From Candidatus Levyibacteriota bacterium (GTDB lineage Bacteria; Patescibacteriota; Microgenomatia; Levybacterales; UBA12049), in contig CAVRKE010000002.1 of assembly GCA_963722305.1 (NCBI GenBank), forward strand, positions 123,878 to 187,877: a DNA stretch of 64,000 bases. The letters are read 5' to 3'. Of this stretch, positions 1 to 11,062 are shown piece by piece. Under the pieces are notes generated by a model, which made no database searches, was not told the origin of the DNA, and worked only from the letters and a program-made list of their open reading frames with translations. Both the position numbers and the translations under genes were made by a program. Position 1 is the first letter of the stretch; each line of letters begins with the position of its first letter.

Positions 1-1171
1 TTGAAATATTTGAGTCTCTAATTGAAGTCCAAGCTCTGGAAAAACCCAGCTCGATGGCTGTTTGATGGGATTTTCCTTGCCTTAATTCTTCTTTCATTCT
101 TTCGAAGATTAAAATGTTGGCGTCAACTGCCATGCCGATGGAAAGAATAAATCCGGCAATTCCGGAAAGGGTCAGCGTTATTCCGTAGGGCGTAATCGAA
201 CTTAATTTGAAAATGCTTAAAACAAACAAAGTGTACAAAGTTAAAGCCAAACTGGCAATTAATCCCAATTTCTTGTAGAGAGACGTCATAAAAACAACGA
301 TTATAACAAAACCGAGTATGCCTGCAAAAAGGCTTTTTGCAAGCGAGGAACTGCCTAAAGTTGGCTCAATAACACTACTCGATAATATGCTTAAAGGGAC
401 CGGTAAGGCACCGGCATTTAGTTCCGTACTTAATTGAGTGGCTTGATCCAGAGTAAAATTTCCTTCAATCACAGCATTACCACCAACTATTGCTTGATTT
501 ACTCTGGGTGTACTGATAATTTGGTTGTCTAAAGCAATTGCCAAGATTTTTCCAACTAGCCTTTGTGTAATATCGGCAAATTTCTTAGAACCCGCAGAAT
601 TAAAAACAAGTTGCACTTCCGGCTTGCCGGTATTTTGACTAAAAGCAACACTTGTTTGCTGTAAATCCGAACCGGTTAAATTCGTTTTTCGATAATCTGC
701 CGGGTTAAATGTTGCCGAATTAGTACCAACTTGTTCCCAAAAAGTTAACTGGGCAGTTGTCCCGATTAAGTTTCTGATTTGGTTGACATCCGTGACCCCG
801 GGAATCTCAACGATGATTCTGTAATCGTTATTGTTTGTCACTGATGTTTGGACCAGCGGTTCGGAAACACCGAATAAATTTACCCTGTTTTCAATTACGG
901 TTTGTGCGGAACTTAACGCAGCTGTTCTTTGAGCTTGAGCAATACTGGACATATTTGCCTTAAGTATTAAACTCGTTCCGCCCTTTAAATCCAATCCTTC
1001 TCTAAAAGTTAACGTTTGATTTATTTTTAAAGCGGCAAAAATAGAATTCGGATCAAAATTATAAGTTTTGTCGGCAAAATGAATATTGGAAATCTTTGGC
1101 AAGTTAATAAAAACCGCCACAACAGTTAAACCAATAATTAACCACAAAAGATACCGTGGACTTTTTCTCAT
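1..1171 (-). CDS. secD: Protein translocase subunit SecD (3' end runs off the window edge)
   Basis: Translation of the minus strand from the ATG at 1171 gives MRKSPRYLLWLIIG...VSEPLVQ...AGILGF...AVDANILIFERMKEE. These are SecD hallmarks. Not in the ORF track because it is partial. Confidence 0.85.
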   Translation of the reverse strand, partial: MRKSPRYLLWLIIGLTVVAVFINLPKISNIHFADKTYNFDPNSIFAALKINQTLTFREGLDLKGGTSLILKANMSSIAQAQRTAALSSAQTVIENRVNLFGVSEPLVQTSVTNNNDYRIIVEIPGVTDVNQIRNLIGTTAQLTFWEQVGTNSATFNPADYRKTNLTGSDLQQTSVAFSQNTGKPEVQLVFNSAGSKKFADITQRLVGKILAIALDNQIISTPRVNQAIVGGNAVIEGNFTLDQATQLSTELNAGALPVPLSILSSSVIEPTLGSSSLAKSLFAGILGFVIIVVFMTSLYKKLGLIASLALTLYTLFVLSIFKLSSITPYGITLTLSGIAGFILSIGMAVDANILIFERMKEELRQGKSHQTAIELGFSRAWTSIRDSNIS

Positions 1172-1189
1172 AGATTCGATTTACTCACT

Positions 1190-1218
1190 ATGACACTGAG
1201 AAAAGTCGAACGTGTCAT
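1190..1218 (-). promoter_or_regulatory. Conserved intercistronic hairpin E1 (stem ATGACAC/GTGTCAT, loop TGAGAAAAGTCGAAC) between the regulator stop codon and the secD ATG
   Basis: Perfect 7-bp inverted repeat. The TGA stop of the upstream ORF lies inside the stem. The whole 1172-1218 spacer is about 85% identical to the ftsE-ftsX spacer. Confidence 0.6.
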
Positions 1219-1790
1219 GAAAGCATTGCTTCCTCGTCGCCCAAAAGCATTACCCTGGACCCGGAAAGGATTGAAATAATAAATGGATCTCGTTTTTTCT
1301 TTCTGAAACCAAATTCTTCTTCCGTCATCACCGTATAGTTAATTTCCGTACTTAGTCTTTTTTCTTCCTCTCTTACTAAAAGAGCCAGTTCCGGTAAAAC
1401 TACACTTCCAACCACCAAAAGGTCTACCTCATCGGGTTGCTCTTTCATTTTTCGAAGAAAACGGCCCGAAAACATCGCGTATTTTATTCTGCCAAGCTTG
1501 ACTTTATTTTTGAGAATATCCGCACCGAGTCCAATATTCTTTGAGCCAATCCTTAAAAGATCAAAGTAATACGGATAAGATTTCGAGAGGGAATAATAGA
1601 CCCTGTTTGCCCTTGGTTCCCTGATTAAAATTCCTTTTTTCTCTAAAAACGCCAGCTCTCTTCTAACCGCATTGATTTCATCTGCTGTCCTTCTGACTAG
1701 CTCCCTGACATGAAACATTTCATTTGGAGAACCCAGGAAAACGTTCAATAATTTTACTCTGGATTTAGATGTAATTAAATCTGAAAACAT
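1215..1790 (-). CDS. Putative winged-helix transcriptional regulator (unknown family)
   Basis: 191-aa ORF with an N-terminal wHTH-like segment (VRELVRRTADEINAVRRELAFLEKKGIL). No specific family recognised. Confidence 0.4.
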   Translation of the reverse strand: MFSDLITSKSRVKLLNVFLGSPNEMFHVRELVRRTADEINAVRRELAFLEKKGILIREPRANRVYYSLSKSYPYYFDLLRIGSKNIGLGADILKNKVKLGRIKYAMFSGRFLRKMKEQPDEVDLLVVGSVVLPELALLVREEEKRLSTEINYTVMTEEEFGFRKKKRDPFIISILSGSRVMLLGDEEAMLS

Positions 1791-1860
1791 AAATTGTTCT
1801 ATTTATCTCCGCTGACTAATATACATCAACAATTATTGAATTGGCAAGTGGTAAAATAGG

Positions 1861-3033
1861 TTATTTTACGTTCAAGACTCCGTCAGTTGGAAGAACTTCG
1901 AACCAAATAAGTCCTCGATCAAATTTTATTTCGTTACCGTTTGCATCCGTAATAATTGTTCTTGAAGTTCTAGTGTCTTTGGTCCAGGTTCCGTTTATTC
2001 TCTTTCCGTCTTTAAATACCACCGCTTTACCCGAACCTTTATCTTCGAATAGCAAATGATCGTTAGCAACATATCCGTCATTAGCATTATCCTCAATCAT
2101 CTCTAAAACTACCACGTTTTTGGCAGTTAACTGCTTTCCTGTATCTTTATCCATGTGCGGTTTTCCTCCATTTGCCCTTGCGTAAAGATTTGTCTTTGGA
2201 TTATATGTCCAGTCAACAAAGTAATCGCTTCCGGCCGATTCCCAAAATTCTAAGTGGATTGACTGGCTGGCCGGTCTTGCCGACGCCGGAGCGTCATCGG
2301 CAAATTTATAAGAAACAAAATTGGTATCCCATGAATTTCCCTGTTTATCGACATTCGTAAGCCCCCTGGTAGTTGCGGCATAATCCCATAATTTATCAAC
2401 AGACGAATACATTGTGTGCTCGGTGGCAACGTTTGGTAACCTTCCATAGTCTCTCCAAAACGTCGGAAATCCGATTGAAAACTGGTTTAAATCATTGTAA
2501 CCTGTCCATCCATAGGTATCTAGCTGCCCAAGTGCATCTGCCGGCCCCGGCTGATTTGCACCACCCACATGCGCATACAAAGGAGAATCACCATATTCCG
2601 AAGCAAAATCAACGAAATACGTTCTTGCCGACCTCACCGGACCAACCTGCCCCGCATCCTGACAATAGAAAATAGCCAAAAACCTGGTGATACCACCTTC
2701 TGCAACTGCTTCATAAATGGTGTCTGCTCCGGAAAGTCCGGATTGAGGCCTGGCATCAACGCTGTTTTCAATCATCACCCCTAAGGGTCTATGTTTTTGC
2801 CACCATTGCTCTTGCTGTTTTGAATACAAAACCCCATTTATGGGACAAGCCTCTGTCTTTGGAAGACTATTACTAAACATCAAGTTGCCTCCAGCGCTAA
2901 TTGTCGGTGTCGGCAGTGAAGAATTTAATGTATTTCCCGAAGATGTTCTCGCAAAAAACAAATAGGAAGCACCGAAGGAAACTAAATAAAGTATTACTCC
3001 CACTATCAAAATTAATGTTTTATTTCTATCCAT
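1861..3033 (-). CDS. DUF3048 (YerB-like) secreted or lipoprotein
   Basis: N-terminal TM or signal segment. GITRFLAIFY and HVGGANQPG motifs resemble YerB/DUF3048. Confidence 0.55.
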   Translation of the reverse strand: MDRNKTLILIVGVILYLVSFGASYLFFARTSSGNTLNSSLPTPTISAGGNLMFSNSLPKTEACPINGVLYSKQQEQWWQKHRPLGVMIENSVDARPQSGLSGADTIYEAVAEGGITRFLAIFYCQDAGQVGPVRSARTYFVDFASEYGDSPLYAHVGGANQPGPADALGQLDTYGWTGYNDLNQFSIGFPTFWRDYGRLPNVATEHTMYSSVDKLWDYAATTRGLTNVDKQGNSWDTNFVSYKFADDAPASARPASQSIHLEFWESAGSDYFVDWTYNPKTNLYARANGGKPHMDKDTGKQLTAKNVVVLEMIEDNANDGYVANDHLLFEDKGSGKAVVFKDGKRINGTWTKDTRTSRTIITDANGNEIKFDRGLIWFEVLPTDGVLNVK

Positions 3034-3045
3034 AATATTTATCTG

Positions 3046-3510
3046 TTATTTACTGATACTTGCTTCTTTTAAGGCCTTCTTTTCTTCTTCTGACAATTCG
3101 TATTCTACCCCCTTACCCTGCGCAACTTTCTTTGCATACCATCTTGTTCCGGACCTTGAATAGAGACCTGAGATAATTACGCCCGTATCGTTTCCGTCAA
3201 TTAATGACAAAATGAAACTTTGGTCTCCTCCGGTGTCTTTAAAAGGATTAAACCTTACTAAGCCCACCTTCTGAATATGCAAAAGGCCATCCTTTTCTAT
3301 TCTAGCAGAATATTCTTTTAAATACTCAATATCTTTTTTACTGAGCTCCGAGTCTTTTAACAAACTCTCTAAAACGGACTTTAATCCCTTTTCGCTCACT
3401 CCCTTTGTCAGCTTATTATAGTGCTGTAAAATCCTCCAGAAAAAAAATGAGAGAGATAAAAGCCAAACAACAATCAGCGCCAGAATTAAAAACAAAAGAT
3501 TTGTTGGCAT
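3046..3510 (-). CDS. DUF4446-like membrane protein
   Basis: N-terminal TM helix followed by a charged coiled region. Architecture resembles DUF4446. Confidence 0.45.
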   Translation of the reverse strand: MPTNLLFLILALIVVWLLSLSFFFWRILQHYNKLTKGVSEKGLKSVLESLLKDSELSKKDIEYLKEYSARIEKDGLLHIQKVGLVRFNPFKDTGGDQSFILSLIDGNDTGVIISGLYSRSGTRWYAKKVAQGKGVEYELSEEEKKALKEASISK

Positions 3511-3530
3511 GATATCTTTTTATATTAGCC

Positions 3531-3559
3531 TCTTGACAGCCATCGTGTCAATAGTGTAA
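3531..3559 (+). promoter_or_regulatory. Sigma70-like promoter TTGACA-N16-TGTAAT abutting the ATG at 3573 (leaderless-type)
   Basis: TTGACA at 3531-3536 and TGTAAT about 16 nt downstream. No SD before the ATG. A TGACA...TGTCA inverted repeat overlaps the promoter. Confidence 0.35.
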
Positions 3560-3572
3560 TCTAGGCTCACTC

Positions 3573-3899
3573 ATGGCTAAAAAAAGAAAAACCCGGGAAC
3601 AGAAAAAATTAGCCGATTTGCGTCATACATTTCGACATAACATTGTTGAACAAATAAGCTCTGCGGCAAAAATTACACCGCAAGTGAGTGATCGACTGAA
3701 AGCGGGACAGACTGAGTTAGGAACCCTAATTAGCAAATCATATCGGCCCAATCCTCAAGCTGCAACAATTCAATACCCCTATCTGGTTAAGGATTTATCT
3801 AAAACGGGAATTTTAAGTCTGAGTATTTTACTATTTCAAATAATTCTTTTTGCCTTACTGAAAAACCATCTATTAATGATACCCGGAATTAATTATTGA
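3573..3899 (+). CDS. Hypothetical small membrane protein
   Basis: 108-aa ORF with a basic N-terminus and a C-terminal hydrophobic segment. Confidence 0.35.
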   Translation: MAKKRKTREQKKLADLRHTFRHNIVEQISSAAKITPQVSDRLKAGQTELGTLISKSYRPNPQAATIQYPYLVKDLSKTGILSLSILLFQIILFALLKNHLLMIPGINY

Positions 3900-3920
3900 C
3901 GAAGGGAGGTGAACAAAATT

Positions 3921-4064
3921 ATGGCATCAATGTATTGTGTTAAGTGTCGAGCAAAGAGAGATGATCCAAGCGCAGTAAAAGTTACCATGAAGAATGGTAA
4001 ACCAGCTCTCAAGGGAAAATGTCCAGTCTGTGGTACAGGAATGTACAAGATTGGCGCTGCCTAA
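3921..4064 (+). CDS. Small zinc-ribbon protein (DUF5679-like), 47 aa
   Basis: GGGAGGTG SD 9 nt upstream of the ATG. Translation is MASMYCVKCRAKRDDPSAVKVTMKNGKPALKGKCPVCGTGMYKIGAA, with a CxxC...CxxC arrangement. Below the size cutoff of the ORF track. Confidence 0.55.
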   Translation: MASMYCVKCRAKRDDPSAVKVTMKNGKPALKGKCPVCGTGMYKIGAA

Positions 4065-4106
4065 TTCTTGAAGATCCTTCGAAGGAATATTATCCTTCAA
4101 GAGATA

Positions 4107-4144
4107 ATAAAAAACCCCTCGCCGAATTTGGAAGGGGTTTTTTA
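4107..4144. terminator. Bidirectional rho-independent terminator between convergent genes
   Basis: A-run, then the CCCCT...AGGGG hairpin, then a T-run (aaaaaaCCCCTcgccgaatttggaAGGGGtttttt). Confidence 0.55.
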
Positions 4145-4172
4145 TACCAAAAAAATATTCTTATTAAAGGCT

Positions 4173-5771
4173 CTACTTTACTTTGTGGTGAATTAGTTTG
4201 TAGATTTGGACTACTGAAACGTCCCAGTGCCCGGCAATGTCTGCCTGACCGAAGCCGGCGATTTCCCACAATGAATTGCCTAAAGGATGGCAGGGAAGGC
4301 TTTCACAAACCACCAGCAGTTGACTGGTGACCGTTTTTCTTTGCGGATCGTTCTGTGAGTTTTGGATTATTACCGGCGGATGTCCCCAAATCGTAAAAAA
4401 ATACCGATACGCATAATCGGAATTACCACCGGTTATTAAAGCGAAGTTAAAAGGCTTTCCCTGCGTTTTGTCGTTAACAAACTGAGCAATTGTCTCCATT
4501 TGATTTAACTGCCGGTTGGCAGGATACCGAAATGGAATACCTTGAAGATTCAAGAGGATTACAATAAATAGTATTAATGCCGCCGATAGTCTTCCGATCT
4601 TTTTCAACTCATAAATTTGAAATATGCATCCGCCAACTAAGATAAACGGCAGCGGAAACATGAACGCAAAATAATAATCATAGATTGACTTTTTGTAAAA
4701 ACCGAAAAGCAGAACTCCGATGAAAAACCATAAAGAGAGTAAAAGATATGGTTTAAAATTTTCCTTTTTCAACTGAAAGCTTTTGTAAAGGTTTTTCAGA
4801 AGAAAAACCATACTTAAAACCGCCAGCAAAAGAATCAGTATTGTCCATAAGTTAACAACGCTCAAGCTATATAGTTTCAACTGTTCTTTCGCGGGGAAAT
4901 AAAAAACAAGTCTCCCGAAAATTCTGAAAAACACATCATAAACAGTGAAAAAAAAGTTCGGGTTTACTCCGGTATTACCGGAGTGAAGCACAAAATTGAA
5001 TATATTTTTAAAATCCGGAAAGTTATGCCTTATCTCAAAAGCTAAAAAGGGAGACCAACCGACTATAAAGCCCAGAAAGATTAAAAAGTTTTGTTTAGCC
5101 GCTTCTAAAAATACTTTTACCCATTCGCGTTTTTGTTTGTATATTTGAATTGTAATTACATAGGCGAAAACAACTACTCCCAAGAAGAGCGCCAAATAAT
5201 GCAGCTGCATGGCAATACCCAGCAACAATCCAACTATAAAAAATAGCTTTTTGCTGTTTTTGTTTGCAGCTTTATAAAGCACGTATAAGGCGAGCAAAGA
5301 AAAAAATGGCAAAGGATTTGGATTCCAGGACGAACGTGAATAAGAAATCACCAATGGCGAAACCGCATAGAGACTTGCCGCAATAATTCCAATTTTACTA
5401 TTAAATAAATCGCTACAAAACTGATAAATTAACCAAACGGTGGCAATACCAAAAAGCGCCACCATTACCGCAGGACCAACAGGATTATAATTGAATAACA
5501 GAAGAAATGGCGCCATAAAATAATAATAAATTGGGCCCAAGAAAAACCCTCCGACCGAAGATGTGGGGCCTAAGAGCGTCAAATGACCGTGTAAGATATT
5601 GTAGGCAACCAAAACATCTCGCCCCTCATCCCCCAAAAAAGTCATGTAATCCTGAATCCTGTAGAGCCTTAAGAAAGCCGCTATGGCTAGAATAATCCCC
5701 ATGGCAAAAAATTGAAAATTGAAAATTGAAAATTGAAAATTTCTTTTCATTTGTGGGGTTTTTTTCGCCAA
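4173..5771 (-). CDS. ArnT/PMT-family GT-C glycosyltransferase (polyprenyl-phosphate-sugar dependent), multi-pass membrane
   Basis: More than 12 predicted TM helices and GT39/GT83-like N-terminal loop motifs. An alternative start at 5702 gives MGIILAIAAF. Confidence 0.7.
   Translation of the reverse strand: MAKKTPQMKRNFQFSIFNFQFFAMGIILAIAAFLRLYRIQDYMTFLGDEGRDVLVAYNILHGHLTLLGPTSSVGGFFLGPIYYYFMAPFLLLFNYNPVGPAVMVALFGIATVWLIYQFCSDLFNSKIGIIAASLYAVSPLVISYSRSSWNPNPLPFFSLLALYVLYKAANKNSKKLFFIVGLLLGIAMQLHYLALFLGVVVFAYVITIQIYKQKREWVKVFLEAAKQNFLIFLGFIVGWSPFLAFEIRHNFPDFKNIFNFVLHSGNTGVNPNFFFTVYDVFFRIFGRLVFYFPAKEQLKLYSLSVVNLWTILILLLAVLSMVFLLKNLYKSFQLKKENFKPYLLLSLWFFIGVLLFGFYKKSIYDYYFAFMFPLPFILVGGCIFQIYELKKIGRLSAALILFIVILLNLQGIPFRYPANRQLNQMETIAQFVNDKTQGKPFNFALITGGNSDYAYRYFFTIWGHPPVIIQNSQNDPQRKTVTSQLLVVCESLPCHPLGNSLWEIAGFGQADIAGHWDVSVVQIYKLIHHKVK
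5709..5743. repeat. Heptanucleotide tandem repeat (AAAATTG)x4-5 in the 5' end of the GT-C gene
   Basis: aaaattgaaaattgaaaattgaaaattgaaaattt. Encodes NFQFSIFNFQFF if translation starts at 5771. Confidence 0.8.
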
Positions 5772-6876
5772 ATGATTAATCGGTAAACTGTAAAATTATA
5801 TATTAGAAGGATTGCAGTTCCAAACACAAAGTAAATAAAATAATATTTTTTTCCAAATAATTGGTCTCCCAAGAATATTATTCCCGTCTGGATAAAGATA
5901 ACTCCGATTGCAGACGTTGCGTAAAAATTGAGAAGTTTCCAGAAGTACTGACCAACGCTTTTTACCCGTTCGGTATTAAATGTCCAATAATTATTTAAAT
6001 TAAAGTTTGAAAATATTGCCGCAACTGCTCCGGTGAGATTCGCAACTGAAGGATCAACTTTAAAAAATCCAACCAAAACTCTCAGTATTACTGCTTGGAT
6101 AACAAATCCTGTCCCTCCGACAACCAAAAATTTTCCGAAAGGGCCAAATAATTTCTCTTTAATGCTGGCACCGATTACATATTTTAGAACGTCGATAATA
6201 TATGCCATCGGTGCGATTTTTGAATTGCCCAAGGTTCTATCGTCAAAATGAAAGGGTACTTCCGCAATTTTAAAACCGTCTCTGACTGCTTTATTCAAAA
6301 ATGAAACTTGAAACGTATAGCCTTTAAAATTAGTCAACTCCGATTTTTCTTTAAGAAAAACCTCTTTCTTTAACGCCCTGTATCCTCCGGTCCAATCGTG
6401 AATTGAGAATTTGAGTAGAATCGTCCTTATCAAAAGATTACCAAAAACCGAAAACATCTTTCTTTGAATCGGCCATTCTTTCGGTATAGAGCCGCCCTGA
6501 CTATACCTTGTCCCGATTACCATGTCGTATCCTTCATCAATCTTTTTGAGAAACTCGGGAATTTTTTTGGGATCATGCTGCAAATCCGCATCCATCTCAA
6601 AAACAACGTCCGCTCCCCCATGGTCTATCGCATACGTCATTGCCCTAATGTAAGCCGCCCCCAAACCGTGCTTTTCCCCGACGTTAACATCCAGGTTCTT
6701 CCATTTCTCCATTAAGCCTTTAACCGCGTCTGCAGTTCCGTCGGGAGAATTATCGTCCGCCACCAGAATATGCATTTCGTGATTTGAAACTTGAGGAAAG
6801 ATTTCTTCTTCGAGTATTTTTATTAACCGTTCGATATTGCCTTTTTCATTGTAAGTTGGGATTATAACTACGGCTT

Positions 6877-6880
<4 letters not shown>
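5747..6880 (-). CDS. GT2 polyprenyl-phosphate glycosyltransferase (Dpm1/ArnC-like) fused to a GtrA-like C-terminal membrane domain
   Basis: N-terminal VVIPTYNE...DDNSPDGT GT2 signature. C-terminal four-helix GtrA-like segment. Confidence 0.75.
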
Positions 6881-8809
<1,929 letters not shown>

Positions 8810-9763
8810 CTAAATTATCTGCCTCCAATAGTCTAGTGTATCATTAAGGGTTTGCTCGATGGGAATTTCAGGCTTCCAACCCAGTTTATTTAATTTACTC
8901 GCGTCACAAACAAGCTCAGGGTCGTCAATGGGTCTAAAGAGAGATTTATCGATTTCAATCTTGATTTTTGCATTTGAAAAAGATAATAATTTATCCAAAA
9001 TGTCCGAAATCTTATGCGAAACGCCAGAACCAACGTTGTAAACTTCACCGAATTCTCCTTTATCCATCAACAGCGAATAAGCTCTGACAACATCTCTAAC
9101 ATCCGTAAAATCACGCTTCGCTTCCAAATTACCCACCGGTAAAACCGGCTCCCTTTTCCCCTTTTCCACCTCAACTATCTTTTGCGCAAAGGATGAAACG
9201 ACAAAGTTGGGTGCTTGTTTTGGACCAACATGGTTAAACGGTCTGACTCTAACTGTTTTTAAACCATAGGATAAAAAATACTGTCTGCCCAAGAAATCTT
9301 GGGCAAGCTTTGAAACCGCGTAGGGGTTAGTCGGATTTAAAGGTGTCTCTTCATCCATCGGCAAATCATCTTTCCTGACACTGCCATAAACTTCAGCCGA
9401 AGCAACTACTAAGGTTTTCGTATTCAATAAATTACTTTTCCGCATCGCCTCAAAAACATTTATCTGACAGGCAATATTATTTAAAACTGTTTCCCGCGGT
9501 GATTTAAAACTGTCTGCCGCTGAGGTAAATGCCGCCAAATGGTAAATAATGTCGGGCTTGACGTGGTCAATCAAATTATAAACTTCTTCTTCGCTACGAA
9601 GATCAACCGTAAGCCACTTCGCTTTTTTATTGTCCGAATTTTGCGAGGTACCTTTAGAAAATATAGTTCCAAATAATTCATTGGTTGAATCTAGGCTCAG
9701 ATAATCTACTAAATAGTTCCCCACAAAGCCGGAGGCGCCCGTAATCAGTATTTTTTTGGCCAT
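8810..9763 (-). CDS. NAD-dependent epimerase/reductase, probably GDP-4-keto-6-deoxy-D-mannose reductase (Rmd-like) or GDP-fucose synthase
   Basis: ITGASGFVG Rossmann motif and YxxxK. Adjacent to gmd. Confidence 0.5.
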   Translation of the reverse strand: MAKKILITGASGFVGNYLVDYLSLDSTNELFGTIFSKGTSQNSDNKKAKWLTVDLRSEEEVYNLIDHVKPDIIYHLAAFTSAADSFKSPRETVLNNIACQINVFEAMRKSNLLNTKTLVVASAEVYGSVRKDDLPMDEETPLNPTNPYAVSKLAQDFLGRQYFLSYGLKTVRVRPFNHVGPKQAPNFVVSSFAQKIVEVEKGKREPVLPVGNLEAKRDFTDVRDVVRAYSLLMDKGEFGEVYNVGSGVSHKISDILDKLLSFSNAKIKIEIDKSLFRPIDDPELVCDASKLNKLGWKPEIPIEQTLNDTLDYWRQII

Positions 9764-9769
9764 ATTGCA

Positions 9770-11062
9770 TTATGCTCTACCAATGCCAATGTAGTTAAAC
9801 CCTTTGGCTCTCATTTGCTCTGGCGTGTAAAGATTTCTTCCGTCAATAATATTAGGGCTCTTCATCATACCTTTAATGGTTGAAAAATTAAGTTCCCTAA
9901 ATTCATTCCATTCGGTAAGTATAATGATTAAATCCGCGCCTTCGGCAACTGCGTAAGCATCCTTTTTGTAATCGACGTCTTTTAGCACCGCGGCAGCAGT
10001 ATCCATCGCTTTTGGATCAAAGGCGCAGATTTTTGCGCCGTCATTCTGCAGCAAATTAATAACATCAATCGCGGGAGCATCTCTCATATCGTCAGTGTTT
10101 GCCTTAAAAGCCAATCCCAATATCCCGACCTTTTTATTACGCACCTCTCCAAGCATTTTCCTGGCTTTTCTCACAATATCTCTCCTTGACTGATGATTAA
10201 TATTTTCCACTTCCTCAAGCAGTGAAAATGGATAATCATTGTCTTTGGCAATTGAAATAAGCGCCCTAACATCTTTTGGAAAGCAGCTTCCTCCGTAACC
10301 GGGACCGGGAGAGAGAAACATATTACCGATTCTTTTATCCGTACCAATTCCCTCCAGCACTTTCAAAGCGTCTGCTCCGAGCAGTTCTGAGAGTTTTGCG
10401 ATGGCGTTGGCATAGGAAATCTTCAAAGCCAAGAACGCATTTGAAGCATATTTGATAAGTTCAGCCGTTTCAAAATTGGTTAAAACCAAAGGAGCTTTAA
10501 TCGGCTCGTGCAGTTTAATTAATAATTCCTGTGCCCGCTTACAATCCGTACCGATAACAATTCTGTCCGGATTGGTTGTGTCGGAAATCGCGCTTCCTTC
10601 GCGTAAAAACTCGGGCACGGAGGCATAATCGACTTGCGTCCCCTGCGGTTTTGATTCCTCCAGAATCCTTTTGACTTTTTTATTCGTGCCGGCAGGAACT
10701 GTACTTTTGGTTGCAACTACTGTGTAACCCTTAAGATTTTTCCCTATTTCCCCCGCAACTTTTAAAACAGTTGATAAATCGGCATCGCCCGTTTTAGTAG
10801 TGGGAGTACCAACCGCAATGAAAACGACGTCTGAATCGGGAATAGAAGGCTTGTAGTCAAGGGTGAATATCAATCTTTTGGCGCTAATATTTTTTTTGAC
10901 TAACTCTGTCAGTCCCGGTTCATAAATGGGTATTATTCCACGCTTTAAATTATCAATCTTGTCTTTGGTATGACCAATGACATACACCTTATTCCCAAAA
11001 TCTGCGAATATTGCCGCAGTGACCAACCCAACGTATCCATGTCCGACAAATGTAATTGTCAT
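9770..11062 (-). CDS. ugd: UDP-glucose 6-dehydrogenase
   Basis: GHGYVGL N-terminus and the catalytic GGSCFPKD motif. Confidence 0.8.
   Translation of the reverse strand: MTITFVGHGYVGLVTAAIFADFGNKVYVIGHTKDKIDNLKRGIIPIYEPGLTELVKKNISAKRLIFTLDYKPSIPDSDVVFIAVGTPTTKTGDADLSTVLKVAGEIGKNLKGYTVVATKSTVPAGTNKKVKRILEESKPQGTQVDYASVPEFLREGSAISDTTNPDRIVIGTDCKRAQELLIKLHEPIKAPLVLTNFETAELIKYASNAFLALKISYANAIAKLSELLGADALKVLEGIGTDKRIGNMFLSPGPGYGGSCFPKDVRALISIAKDNDYPFSLLEEVENINHQSRRDIVRKARKMLGEVRNKKVGILGLAFKANTDDMRDAPAIDVINLLQNDGAKICAFDPKAMDTAAAVLKDVDYKKDAYAVAEGADLIIILTEWNEFRELNFSTIKGMMKSPNIIDGRNLYTPEQMRAKGFNYIGIGRA

Noticed and set aside
1171-1185. tRNA T-arm-like string AGATTCGATT next to the secD and ftsX starts
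   Set aside because: There is no cloverleaf and no acceptor, D or anticodon arms. It belongs to the conserved intercistronic element, not to a tRNA. I found no tRNA genes in the window.
1841-2784. Plus-strand ORFs (72-100 aa) overlapping the DUF3048 gene
   Set aside because: They lie entirely antisense within a well-supported longer CDS, with no RBS or promoter and no recognisable domains. Typical shadow ORFs.
5700-5750. Possible CRISPR or other repeat array from the 7-nt tandem units
   Set aside because: Units are only 7 nt with no spacers. This is a simple microsatellite, not CRISPR. No cas genes are present.
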